Under the pieces are notes generated by a model, which had not been told where the DNA came from, searched no databases, and saw only the letters and a list, made by a program, of their open reading frames with translations. From an uncultured Phycisphaeraceae bacterium (GTDB lineage Bacteria; Planctomycetota; Phycisphaerae; Phycisphaerales; UBA1924), in the NCBI GenBank assembly GCA_964640595.1, contig CAZXGL010000019.1, positions 5,075-69,074 on the forward strand: 64,000 nt of DNA. Direction: 5' to 3'. Shown here piece by piece: positions 28,699 to 37,597 of the stretch; within the stretch, counting starts at the first letter, position 1; each line of letters starts with the position of its first letter. A program made the position numbers and the translations under genes.

Positions 28699-29033
28699 AG
28701 GAAGCTCCTGACCGCCCCTTGGACATCTTCATGCATGCTGAACATGGCGGCCACATCCGTGATGGCCATGACTTCGCGTAGGGTCTCGCCCACACCGCAG
28801 AGGCACAGGCTCCGGCCGCCGGCGTTGAGTTCCCGTGTCAGGTCCACCAGGGCTTCAAGACCGTGGCTGTCCACAAACGCCATGTCCGAGACATCAAGAA
28901 CGAAGCGGCCGAGCGTCTTCCCGAGCGTCTCGAACCCCTCGGCGCGCAGGCGTTCCGCGTCCTCCTGGCTCGTGACCGGGCCACGCGGCTTCAGAACCGT
29001 GACCGCTCCGTGCTTGTGTTGCTCGATCCGCAC
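28695..29033 (-). CDS. STAS-domain protein (anti-sigma-factor-antagonist/SpoIIAA-like)
   Basis: Sequence includes GAVTVLKPRGPV...FVLDVSDMAFVDSHGLEALVDLTRELNAGGRSLCLCGV...REVMAIT. The conserved DSxG phospho-site context (VDSHG) is present. Confidence 0.8.
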   Translation of the reverse strand: MRIEQHKHGAVTVLKPRGPVTSQEDAERLRAEGFETLGKTLGRFVLDVSDMAFVDSHGLEALVDLTRELNAGGRSLCLCGVGETLREVMAITDVAAMFSMHEDVQGAVRSFL

Positions 29034-29048
29034 AGGTCCGCTCCTCGG

Positions 29049-30887
29049 TCAGGCCGCACGCTGCTGGCGGGACTGCTCCGATCCCGGGAGCGTGAGGGTG
29101 AAGGTACTGCCCTGGTCCAGCTTGGACTCGACCTCGATATCGCCACCGTGCAGGCGGGCGATCTCCCGCGCCAGCGCCAGGCCCAGGCCGGACCCCGTGA
29201 CATGGGCGATGCGTCGGTCGTTGGCCCGGTAGAAGCGATCGAAGATCCGCTCGCACTCCTCGGGATCGATCCCGATGCCCGTGTCGATCACATGCACGAC
29301 CAATCCACCCTGCTCCGGCACCTCGACCCGGACCGTGACCTTTCCGCCGGGCGGTGTGTACTTGAGGGCGTTGCCCACCAGATTGTGCAGGGCCTGCCCC
29401 AGCCGATCGCGGTCGGCATGGATCACGGGCATCTTCGGCGGGATATCGAACATCAGTTCGATGGACTTTTCCGTCGCCTGGGCGACATAGTCATTGGTCA
29501 GGTCGTCGAACAGTGCATCCGTACGGACATCGCCCGGTCGGATCGACAGCGAGCCCGCCTCGATCTCGGACACGGAGAGCATGTCGGCCACGATCCGCTC
29601 CAGACGCCTCGCCTCGGAGTTGATGACATTGAGTGCCTGCGCACGGAGCTGAGGATCGGCCTCCCCCTCATCCACCGCCTGTTCGACATACAGACGGATG
29701 TTGGTCAACGGGGTACGCAGTTCGTGCGTCGCCTGCGCAACGAACGAGTTGCGAGACCGATCGGCCACCCGCTGCTGGGTGATATCCTCGATCAGAACAC
29801 CAACGAACCGCTCACCGCCGACCTCGGTGGATCGAACGGACAGACGCAGTTCCGCGTCGGGATCACGCCCGGGCTCGCCGCGGGCGACCTCGACCGTACG
29901 GCGGACCGGGGTGCGGCTGTCCAGGCACTCCGCAACCGCATCCCGGACGGTTTCGTCAGTGAAAGCGGTCGTAAACTCAACCCGTTCCAGCTCGGCCTTG
30001 TGTCGTCCGAGCAGCACCCCAGCCGCGCCGTTGACATAGGTGATATGGCGATCATGCCCGATGGCGACCACGCCGTGCGTCAGTGAGTCACAGATGGCGA
30101 TCACCCCACCGTTCTCACCGGGAATCGTTTGCTCCGCCAGCGTGACCTGATGCTCCGCGATCACCCGATCCTGCCGATCGCGTTCATCCAGGAGCATGTT
30201 CCACGCCGTACCCAGCGGGTCGGAATCCTCGGCCACGCGGAGAACCTGCGCACGCCGCTCACCCTTGGCCGCCTCGGATAGAGCTGTGCCAACGCCCACC
30301 AAGGCCGCCAGCCGCTTTCGGAAGCCCCGGAAAACGAGCCAAACGGCCCCCACCGCGATCAAGGCAATCCCACCCGCCTGAGCGGTCGTCGCGGCGTAAG
30401 GAGGCGTCACCGGGTCGTACGACACCTCGACCACCCCGGCACCTCGTCCTGGCACCTCAAATGTCACCCAGACAGATTGGTTCGAAACCTCGGGCGTCGC
30501 CGGCGTCGTGGACCAGATTGGCGGGATCGAGAGCACCCCGATGTTCTGAGCATCGGTTGAGGCGACCACCCCCACTCCCGCGAGTGTGACCTTGCAGGAC
30601 CGGACCAGACCCGAGCCTTGCAGGTCGATCATCTGGCGACGCACCGCGGCCAGGTCCGACTCACGGAGCAGCAGGTCCGTCCGAGCCGCGACCAGGCTCG
30701 CCACGCCCGTGGCGGACCGTACCCGTTCGTCCTGCGTCTCACTGGCCGCGGCTCGGGCCGACCACCAGGACGACAGCATGACCGCTCCGACGAGCAGCAC
30801 GGCCACGCCGCCCACCAGGCCGGAAACCCAACGGGAGACACCAGCCTCGGAGAAGCCCGCAATGAGTCTGTTGAATCGTTCGTGCAT
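29049..30887 (-). CDS. membrane sensor histidine kinase (periplasmic sensor, PAS, HisKA, HATPase)
   Basis: H-box FVAQATHELRTPLTNI; HNLVGNALKYTP; DTGIGI; GSGLGLALA. I use ATG 30887 (MHERFNRLIAG...) because the longer track ORF runs over tRNA-Tyr. Confidence 0.85.
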   Translation of the reverse strand: MHERFNRLIAGFSEAGVSRWVSGLVGGVAVLLVGAVMLSSWWSARAAASETQDERVRSATGVASLVAARTDLLLRESDLAAVRRQMIDLQGSGLVRSCKVTLAGVGVVASTDAQNIGVLSIPPIWSTTPATPEVSNQSVWVTFEVPGRGAGVVEVSYDPVTPPYAATTAQAGGIALIAVGAVWLVFRGFRKRLAALVGVGTALSEAAKGERRAQVLRVAEDSDPLGTAWNMLLDERDRQDRVIAEHQVTLAEQTIPGENGGVIAICDSLTHGVVAIGHDRHITYVNGAAGVLLGRHKAELERVEFTTAFTDETVRDAVAECLDSRTPVRRTVEVARGEPGRDPDAELRLSVRSTEVGGERFVGVLIEDITQQRVADRSRNSFVAQATHELRTPLTNIRLYVEQAVDEGEADPQLRAQALNVINSEARRLERIVADMLSVSEIEAGSLSIRPGDVRTDALFDDLTNDYVAQATEKSIELMFDIPPKMPVIHADRDRLGQALHNLVGNALKYTPPGGKVTVRVEVPEQGGLVVHVIDTGIGIDPEECERIFDRFYRANDRRIAHVTGSGLGLALAREIARLHGGDIEVESKLDQGSTFTLTLPGSEQSRQQRAA

Positions 30888-30989
30888 GGTTCCGATCTCC
30901 GGACCGGACACGGGTCCGTCGGGATCGGCTATCGGTCGGCCAGAGGAACCTCTCCAGCCCGCCTCGGAAATCCGGCCGGTTCTCGGACG

Positions 30990-31012
30990 AAAAAACCCCC
31001 CTTGACGGGGGG
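30990..31012 (-). terminator. rho-independent terminator after tRNA-Tyr
   Basis: Minus strand reads CCCCCC-gtcaa-GGGGGG followed by TTTTTT. Confidence 0.7.
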
Positions 31013-31017
31013 TTAAG

Positions 31018-31100
31018 TGGGCGCGGCTGGATTCGAACCAGCGAAGGCGTACGCCAGCAGATTTACAGTCTGCCCCCTTTGGCCACTTGGGTACACGCCC
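31018..31100 (-). tRNA. tRNA-Tyr (anticodon GUA), long variable arm
   Basis: Reverse complement is GGGCGTGTACCCAAGTGGCCAAAGGGGGCAGACTGTAAATCTGCTGGCGTACGCCTTCGCTGGTTCGAATCCAGCCGCGCCCA. Anticodon loop CTGTAAA. Confidence 0.85.
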
Positions 31101-31109
31101 GGAGGGTTT

Positions 31110-31127
31110 CCCGGGCCGCGGCCCGGG
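31110..31127. repeat. perfect 18-bp GC palindrome in the tRNA-Thr/tRNA-Tyr spacer
   Basis: CCCGGGCCGCGGCCCGGG, immediately 5' of tRNA-Tyr on the transcribed strand. Confidence 0.6.
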
Positions 31128-31243
31128 CTGGAACCATATCCCGAACTCCGCTTCCCGGCAAACCAATCTCGACCATGTTCCGCACGGAATGCCTGAAGAT
31201 GGGGAGGTGGGTAGGAGAGTTCATACGAATCAGAAAACCGAAA

Positions 31244-31316
31244 AGCCGCCTGCGAGACTCGAACTCGCGACCTGCAGATTACAAATCAGCCGCTCTACCA
31301 ACTGAGCTAAGGCGGC
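31244..31316 (-). tRNA. tRNA-Thr (anticodon UGU)
   Basis: Reverse complement is GCCGCCTTAGCTCAGTTGGTAGAGCGGCTGATTTGTAATCTGCAGGTCGCGAGTTCGAGTCTCGCAGGCGGCT. Anticodon loop TTTGTAA. One U-U mismatch in the anticodon stem. Confidence 0.8.
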
Positions 31317-31320
31317 GGGT

Positions 31321-31350
31321 CAAGAGAAAAGGCCCCGTGTTGACGGGGCC
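31321..31350 (-). terminator. terminator-like hairpin between tRNA-Val and tRNA-Thr
   Basis: Minus strand reads GGCCCCG-tcaaca-CGGGGCC followed by TTTTCTCTT. Confidence 0.55.
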
Positions 31351-31356
31351 TTTCAG

Positions 31357-31430
31357 TGGGCGATGGCAGGCTCGAACTGCCGACCTCCAGTGTGTCATAC
31401 TGGCGCGCTAGCCAACTGCGCCAATCGCCC
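31357..31430 (-). tRNA. tRNA-Val (anticodon GAC)
   Basis: Reverse complement is GGGCGATTGGCGCAGTTGGCTAGCGCGCCAGTATGACACACTGGAGGTCGGCAGTTCGAGCCTGCCATCGCCCA. Anticodon loop ATGACAC. Confidence 0.8.
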
Positions 31431-31501
31431 AACTTCGGTCGCAAGTATAGGCCCCCATTCCCGGAGCCGACAAGGCGGACTGGTCCGTTGAGGACCGAGA
31501 A

Positions 31502-32164
31502 TCAGCTTCCTGGGGCCAGGATCACGATCTCGACCCGGCGGGACTGCTCCTTGGATCCCTTGGGACGGCTGGAACCGAAGGTTGCCGAGTAGACCCGGCT
31601 CGCGGGGATCCCCTTGGAAACCAGGTATTCCTGGACCGCCATGGCCCGCTCGGCCCCCAGCCGCTCGTTGGTCTTCCAGCCGGAGCGTCGGATGGGATCG
31701 GTATCGGTGTGGCCTTCCACGCGGATGGTGTTGTTGGCGTACTGGGTTCGGATCACCTGCGCAACCTGGTCGAGACGCTGGCGGGCCTGCTGGCGGAGGG
31801 TGGCCTGACCCGAGGCGAAGAGCACATCGCCGGCGACCCCGACGACGATCTCACCACCGGGCCGGTAGCCGACATCAACGCCGGCGATGCCCTCGAAACC
31901 GCTGTTCGCCCGCCCGCCAGTGGCCGCGCCGCCGCTGCCCTTGAGACGGGAGTTCTCGTCCCGGAGCTGGCTGTTCTCCTGCGTGATCTCGGCGTTGCGA
32001 TCGTTGGCCTGGCGGACATTGTCCTGCAGGCTGGCGATGCGTTCACGCAGTTGCGTGTTCTCGTCGATCGCCGCGTCGTAATCCGCCTGCGAAATCGACT
32101 TGCACCCGGTCAGCCCGAAGGCCCCGACCAGACCGATCGCCATCACCAACAGCCGCGTCTTCAT
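31502..32164 (-). CDS. OmpA/MotB-family peptidoglycan-binding lipoprotein with coiled-coil linker
   Basis: ATG 32164 with GGAGG RBS. Lipobox LTGC. OmpA_C core is FASGQATL...VEGHTDTDPI...NERLGAERAMAV..YL...G. Confidence 0.85.
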   Translation of the reverse strand: MKTRLLVMAIGLVGAFGLTGCKSISQADYDAAIDENTQLRERIASLQDNVRQANDRNAEITQENSQLRDENSRLKGSGGAATGGRANSGFEGIAGVDVGYRPGGEIVVGVAGDVLFASGQATLRQQARQRLDQVAQVIRTQYANNTIRVEGHTDTDPIRRSGWKTNERLGAERAMAVQEYLVSKGIPASRVYSATFGSSRPKGSKEQSRRVEIVILAPGS

Positions 32165-32242
32165 CCAGAACCTCCGTGTCTTTTGAGCGGGCCGCCCGGC
32201 CCGCGGGCCACACTTTAGCAGCACACCGGCATGGCCGGCGTG

Positions 32243-33679
32243 TCAAGGCAGATTGAAAGGCCCCGTCATCGCAAAAAGTCGTCCCAAACCCGCCTCGATC
32301 AGGGGCTTGCACACCACCACAAGCAGGGTGGCGATCGCGAGGAACGGCCCGTACGGCATCGCCCGATTCAAGCGCCCACCCACGATCCGCGCAAGCACGG
32401 CCCAGCCCACGCCAACGAACGCTGCCAGGAAGAATGCGATGACCGGATCGATCCAGCCCAGGCAGGCCCCCACCGCCGCCATGAGGTGGACATCGCCCAG
32501 CCCCATCGCCTCCTTTCCGAAGGCCAGCGTGCCGAAAATGCGCACGCCCCAGACGACCCCCCCGCCGATCAGGTAGCCCATGCAGACCGCGCCGAGCACC
32601 ACCAGCCAGAGCGGGGCCTGAGCCGGCGCGATGGCGGCTCCATTGTCACCGACGATCCACGGACCCGAGAAATGTTCCACAAGCCGAGCCGACAACCACG
32701 CCCCACCCATCCCGAGCAGAACCGGGGGTGCCAGGAAGGCCAACTCACGGACCATTTCCCGCCTCGCGTGGGGATATTGAACCCACATCTCCGTCGGATG
32801 CGCAGGGTTTGAGGTGTCTGAAACCGGCTCAGGGGAAGTAGCCGATGACGGGCCTGTTTCAGCGGTGAGATCAGAGGGGGGGGGGGGGAAGTTGGCCTTC
32901 TCCCATGCCTCGTAATCCGCGAAACTCCGCGTCAACAGGCCCTTGGCGATCAGGAGGTTGGAGATGATCAGCCCCAGGACGCCGCCCAGGGCCCAGCCGA
33001 TGAACCGCCAACCGCCCAGACCGCCGGTGGCGAGGGTCCAGACCTCCCCGGGCGCTGTGATCCAGATCATCCGCGGCGCAGTGGTTCGCCATAGACCGGG
33101 CAGGGAGGGGGTCAGGGGACCGTACCGCAGATCAAACCAGATGGCGTGCCCGGTGTGCAGGATCAGGGCCGTCAGGGCCGGGACCCAGGTCAGCACCAGT
33201 GGGATGGTGCATGTCCGGGCGTCGATGAGTGTCATGGCCACCAGCGAGCCGACGAGCACGGCCAGCACCGCAAAGGCGGGCCATGTGGCAACCGCGCCGT
33301 TTCTGGCCCATTCCGGGGCGACTGAACCGAAGGGGATGCCGAGCAGTGTCGCATCCGCCGGCACCAGGTACCAGAGCACGAACAGGCCCCCGAAGAGCAT
33401 GGCCACAACCGCCTCGATCGTGGGGTATTCAGGGGAGATGGAAGTCTTGCAGAAGCGGCATCTCCCGCGGAGCAGGATCCAGCCCAGGATGGGGATGTTC
33501 TCTCGCCAGGTGAGCTTGGTGCCGCAGGAGGGGCATCGGGAGGTCGGGGTGACGACATCCAGGCCGCGGGGAAGGCGGTAGACGAGCACATTGATGAGGG
33601 ATCCCACGCACGCACCGACGGCGAAGACGAACAGGGCCGTCGTGATCATCGGCAGTCGCATGACCAACCAATCAGGCAT
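32243..33679 (-). CDS. pilD: prepilin peptidase (A24 family, PilD/GspO), unusually long (478 aa)
   Basis: N-terminal CPSCGTKLTWRENIPILGWILLRGRCRFC zinc-ribbon/DiS_P_DiS motif. First catalytic Asp context MTLIDARTCTIP; second GLGDVHLMAAVG. Confidence 0.85.
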   Translation of the reverse strand: MPDWLVMRLPMITTALFVFAVGACVGSLINVLVYRLPRGLDVVTPTSRCPSCGTKLTWRENIPILGWILLRGRCRFCKTSISPEYPTIEAVVAMLFGGLFVLWYLVPADATLLGIPFGSVAPEWARNGAVATWPAFAVLAVLVGSLVAMTLIDARTCTIPLVLTWVPALTALILHTGHAIWFDLRYGPLTPSLPGLWRTTAPRMIWITAPGEVWTLATGGLGGWRFIGWALGGVLGLIISNLLIAKGLLTRSFADYEAWEKANFPPPPSDLTAETGPSSATSPEPVSDTSNPAHPTEMWVQYPHARREMVRELAFLAPPVLLGMGGAWLSARLVEHFSGPWIVGDNGAAIAPAQAPLWLVVLGAVCMGYLIGGGVVWGVRIFGTLAFGKEAMGLGDVHLMAAVGACLGWIDPVIAFFLAAFVGVGWAVLARIVGGRLNRAMPYGPFLAIATLLVVVCKPLIEAGLGRLFAMTGPFNLP

Positions 33680-33709
33680 CGGGGATGCTTCATCGGCCCG
33701 CGAGGGGTG

Positions 33710-34012
33710 TCAACTGGATTCGTCGGCGGCGGCCCGCTTTCGCAGGGTTTCCAGATCGAGCTGCTCGATCCGTTGCTCGGCCCGAAGCAGGATGGCCCGG
33801 GCCTTGCCGATGAGCAGGACCCCTTGCTCGTAGGCCTTGATGGAATCCTCCAAGCCGATCTCGCCGGACTCGATGCGTTCCACCAGGTCCTCAAGCTGCT
33901 CAACCAGCACCTCGTAGCGATCCTCGGGTGCGGGCGAGGGATCGGCGGCCGGTTTGGACTGGCGAATGGTCACGGGGGAGGGTAGGTCAGAACAGACCCA
34001 TCTGGCGTTCAT
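33710..34012 (-). CDS. xseB: exodeoxyribonuclease VII small subunit
   Basis: Sequence YEVLVEQLEDLVERIESGEIGLEDSIKAYEQGVLLIGKARAILLRAEQRIEQL. ATG 34012 overlaps the xseA 3' end by 26 nt. Confidence 0.8.
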   Translation of the reverse strand: MNARWVCSDLPSPVTIRQSKPAADPSPAPEDRYEVLVEQLEDLVERIESGEIGLEDSIKAYEQGVLLIGKARAILLRAEQRIEQLDLETLRKRAAADESS

Positions 34013-35537
34013 CGGGGGGAGGGGGCTTGGGACGACGCCGGGCTGGGGGGCGGTCCGGAATGGGCTGGGGCGGGGTGGGGTTTGAAAGGATCGAAGGGTG
34101 GCCGTCGCGGAGGACGCCAGAGCGGATCAATCCGGCGCTGAGACGAGTGAGGATCTCATCGCCGGGTTGGACCTCGGAAGGATTACGGACAAGGCGGCCG
34201 TCCACCGTGGTGGTGACGGAAAATCCGCGTGCAAGCACCTGATCCGGTCCGACGGCGTGGAGTTCGCGGTGGAGGGCGTCGAGAGCCTCTGCGTTCAACC
34301 GAAGGCGGGTGCGGATGGAACGAGCCAGCCGGTCCTCCAAGGCGTTGAGCGATTCCTCCCGCCGGGCCTGGATCACGCCGGGGCGGTGGCGTTCGAGCCG
34401 GGCGGCGGCCCGATGGAGCCGACGCTCGGCATGGAGCACGCAGGCCCGCGTGGCGGCATCAACCCGACGGGTGAGTGAAAGCAGACGGTCACGGTGGGCA
34501 TCAAGCACACGGGCCGGATCCCGCAACGCGGGGCGGTTGGCGAGCATCGACAGACGCTTGCGCTCGGCGATGGCGTGCTGGCGGGTGGCGGTGGCGATGC
34601 GCCGGGCCTGTGCGTCGAGTTGCTCTTCGAGCGCGGCACGATCCGGGATGAGCCGCATGGCGGCCTGTGTGGGCGTGGCCGCACGCCAGTCCGCGACCAG
34701 TTCGGCAATGGTGGTATCCGTCTCGTGACCGATGGCGGCGACGACGGGGACCGATGCGTTGCGGATCGCCTCAGCCACTGGAAGCTCGTTGAAGGCCCAG
34801 AGGTCTTCGAGCGAGCCCCCGCCGCGGGTGACGAGGATGGCGTCGATGCCGAGGTTCCGCGCGTTGACGGACAGCAGGCGCACGGCCTCGGCCACTTCCG
34901 ACGCGGCCCGCTCGCCCTGCACCCGAACATCGACAATGTGGAGCGCCACAGCCGGGCAGCGTCTGCGGGCGGTGTCGATGACATCCTGCACGGCCGCGCC
35001 GTCCTTGCTGGTCACGACGGCGATGGCCCGGGGGAATACGGGCAGGGAGCGTTTGGATTCGGGGTCAAGCCAGCCGCGTTCGCGCAGGGCTTCGACGCGG
35101 GCCTTGAGTTCGCGTTCGAGATTGCCCTGCCCGACCGGTTCGAGTTCATCGACGATCAGGCTCACGCGCCCGCTGGGGGCGAAGAAATCGAGACGGCCCG
35201 TGGCGATGACACGGTCACCTTGGGTGGGGAGGACACGGAGCTTGCGGGCGCTGGACGCAAAGACCACCGCGGAGATCAACGCACCCTCGTCCTTCAGGCT
35301 GAAGTACCAGTGCGTGCGGTTGGAGACATTTGAGATCTCCCCCACTACCCGGACGCGTCCGGGCACGCCGCCCTTGATCGCGGAATCAATCCGGGCCGCG
35401 AGCTGGGTGATCGTCAGGACACCATCAGGCATGGCCCCCGCACCAGGAACAACCGGACCCGGCGGCATGTCGCCACCGGGTCCGGCTCTCTTGCCTCGGT
35501 TGATGCGACCCGGGTCAAATGGAAGGCGTCCGCTCAC
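33987..35537 (-). CDS. xseA: exodeoxyribonuclease VII large subunit
   Basis: Sequence includes LTITQLAARIDSAI...VRVVGEISNVS...HWYFSLKDE...VTSKDGAAVQDV...RGGGSLEDLWAFNE...AIGHETDTTI. GTG 35537 is the longest start; ATGs at 35468 and 35432 are alternatives. Confidence 0.85.
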   Translation of the reverse strand: MSGRLPFDPGRINRGKRAGPGGDMPPGPVVPGAGAMPDGVLTITQLAARIDSAIKGGVPGRVRVVGEISNVSNRTHWYFSLKDEGALISAVVFASSARKLRVLPTQGDRVIATGRLDFFAPSGRVSLIVDELEPVGQGNLERELKARVEALRERGWLDPESKRSLPVFPRAIAVVTSKDGAAVQDVIDTARRRCPAVALHIVDVRVQGERAASEVAEAVRLLSVNARNLGIDAILVTRGGGSLEDLWAFNELPVAEAIRNASVPVVAAIGHETDTTIAELVADWRAATPTQAAMRLIPDRAALEEQLDAQARRIATATRQHAIAERKRLSMLANRPALRDPARVLDAHRDRLLSLTRRVDAATRACVLHAERRLHRAAARLERHRPGVIQARREESLNALEDRLARSIRTRLRLNAEALDALHRELHAVGPDQVLARGFSVTTTVDGRLVRNPSEVQPGDEILTRLSAGLIRSGVLRDGHPSILSNPTPPQPIPDRPPARRRPKPPPPDERQMGLF

Positions 35538-35568
35538 GCGGAGAGCCTATCCGACCCGAGCGGGTTCG

Positions 35569-36309
35569 TCAGCGGTTGGCGACACGGGCCGCGTTGCGGC
35601 GTTCGACGGAAGCGACCACATCGGGAGCGGTGCCGAAGGGCAGGGAGATCCGGACGGGCTCATCACCGGAGAGCAGCGTGGAAGCCATGAAAGCTGCCCG
35701 GCCCGCGTCGGGCCTGGCCTGCACCTGCTCACGCGAGCGGGTGCGGGGCATGTCCTCTGGAAGTTGGAACCAGCCGGCGGGCTCGGGCAGCGTGGCCTCC
35801 TTGGGCTCGCCCGCGCTGGGGTTGGTGTAGGTCCGGGGGGCATAGAACCCGTTGTCGCGGAGCCAGTTCTGGCGAGCGCTCTCGAGCAGGCGAGACAGTT
35901 CCTCGGTGCGGTCGATGCCCTGACGCCCGAATAGGACGCGGTCGGTTTCCAATGAGGTGGAACGGGTGAGCTGACGCCAGAGGCCGGTGCCGCCCGCGGG
36001 AACCTGAGCGAAGGGATCGATCGCGAAGACGGCATCGAAAGCCCGAACCAGGATCATGTCGGCCGCGTGGTGACCGCCCAGGCGGTCACGCTCGGACTGA
36101 GCGGACCAGGACAACGCACCGTGCTCCATGATCGCCACGACTTCCGTCCGTTCGGCGGCATTGAAGCGGACCTGGTCACGACGGACATCGTCGGCCGGGC
36201 GCACCATGCCGGCGCGGAGTTCAATGATCTCCGCGGCTGGGCGGACGCTGGTGACAGGGGTGGGACCAATGGCAACAAATGACAGCGCGAGCATGGATGC
36301 GGTAAGCAT
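35569..36309 (-). CDS. hypothetical secreted protein
   Basis: ATG 36309 with GAGGAG RBS 6 nt upstream. Signal peptide MLTASMLALSFVAIGP. No recognised family. Confidence 0.5.
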   Translation of the reverse strand: MLTASMLALSFVAIGPTPVTSVRPAAEIIELRAGMVRPADDVRRDQVRFNAAERTEVVAIMEHGALSWSAQSERDRLGGHHAADMILVRAFDAVFAIDPFAQVPAGGTGLWRQLTRSTSLETDRVLFGRQGIDRTEELSRLLESARQNWLRDNGFYAPRTYTNPSAGEPKEATLPEPAGWFQLPEDMPRTRSREQVQARPDAGRAAFMASTLLSGDEPVRISLPFGTAPDVVASVERRNAARVANR

Positions 36310-36499
36310 GGAGATCTCCTCTTTGGATGTGACACGGCCCCGACGGACCGCGGGCGAGATGCCACCCCGTGTGGGATGAGTGTGCGCCGACATCCGTGTG
36401 CCGCCAGCGATCGGCCCAAAAGTGAGGTCGGTTGGTGCGGTCTGGAGCGGCAGGAATGCCGAAAAAGGCCCGAGAACCATCCCGCTGACGACCGCGGGC

Positions 36500-37594
36500 T
36501 CAAGCCCGGTCGGTTGGCAGCGGGAGGGTGTCGGCCCGGGAAAGATCGGTGTAGGCATCGATCAGGGCCGCGACATGGGCCGAAGCACGGCGGTGCTGGC
36601 GAACATACTCGCGGGCGGACAGGCCCAGGGCGACGGAGCCCGGACGATCCGCCAAGCGGGTCCGGAGGGTCTCCGCCCAACCGATGGGGGTCAGCGCGGC
36701 GGGGCAGGCGACCGTAACCTCATCCTGGATGACGGAGACCATGGGGTCCGGGGCGGCGACGATCAGAAGGGCGTGGGCCATGGCGTCAAGCAGGAGGGTG
36801 CGTTGCTCGTGCCGGGCATCGGGATACACCACAAGATCGCACCGCAACACCAGGTCGCGTCGATCCTCCAGACGGTCCATCAGCGAGATGCGGTCGAGGA
36901 TGTTGGCCTTCTCGGCCATGGCCCAGAGACCCGCGCGGCGGGCGGCGGACTCGGACACGAACAGCATCGTGTCATCCCGCTCTGCGACAACGCGGCAGGC
37001 GCCATCGAAGGCTTCACGGCAACGCTCGATCTCTCGCCCGGAACTGCAGAAGACAATGGAGATGCCGCGCCCGGGCTTGAGAATCGGGGTTGGACGCGGC
37101 GGCGCATACGCCCCCCACGGCGCGACGCGGATGGGGAGGGTGATGCCGTGCTCGACGAGCGCTCGTTCGATGGGACGGTCCGGCGCGATGAGGGTCAGCG
37201 GGGTTGAACCGGGTTTGAGCTGGGCGGCGCGATCAATGAGCCCGCCGCGCCAGATCTCCATGGCGAGGGCCGCCTGGAAGATCTCAGCCAGTTCCTCGCC
37301 CATCGCCCATGCGCCGCCACCGAGGACATGCACGACCGACACCATGCCGCGGGGATCGGTGGCGTTGCCAACGATCTTGGCGGCGACCTGCTGTGCACGG
37401 ATGCGTTGGGTGAAGATCAGGCCGCGGTTGGAATAGCGGATGGGATCCGCAACAGTGGAGAACCTCGCTCCGGAGCTGGTGGGCAACGCGATCGTGGTGC
37501 GGACACCCTCACCCAGAAGCCCGGCCGCGAAACGCTCGAGCAGGGCACGCTCGTGTTCCGCGAAGGGGCCGTCGGCGAGGAGGAGGACATGCAT
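36500..37594 (-). CDS. GT-B fold (GT4-like) glycosyltransferase candidate
   Basis: N-terminus MHVLLLADGPF... The C-terminal half has CDLVVYPDARHEQRTLLLDAMAHALLIVAAPDPMVSVIQDE, resembling the E-x7-E region of GT4 enzymes. It is divergent. Starts 4 nt after the ABC ATPase stop. Confidence 0.45.
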   Translation of the reverse strand: MHVLLLADGPFAEHERALLERFAAGLLGEGVRTTIALPTSSGARFSTVADPIRYSNRGLIFTQRIRAQQVAAKIVGNATDPRGMVSVVHVLGGGAWAMGEELAEIFQAALAMEIWRGGLIDRAAQLKPGSTPLTLIAPDRPIERALVEHGITLPIRVAPWGAYAPPRPTPILKPGRGISIVFCSSGREIERCREAFDGACRVVAERDDTMLFVSESAARRAGLWAMAEKANILDRISLMDRLEDRRDLVLRCDLVVYPDARHEQRTLLLDAMAHALLIVAAPDPMVSVIQDEVTVACPAALTPIGWAETLRTRLADRPGSVALGLSAREYVRQHRRASAHVAALIDAYTDLSRADTLPLPTDRA

Positions 37595-37597
37595 GGG

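Noticed and set aside
27295-29232. 645-aa plus-strand ORF, plus similar ones at 58738-60210 and 61226-62629
   Set aside because: All are antisense shadows of the GspE/PilB ATPase genes. They are rich in Arg/His/Asp/Leu runs, and the opposite strand carries Walker and His-box motifs.
30888-31166. Upstream extension of the locus A kinase ORF (track 29049..31166)
   Set aside because: The extension runs through tRNA-Tyr and its terminator. ATG 30887 gives a normal N-terminus followed by a TM helix.
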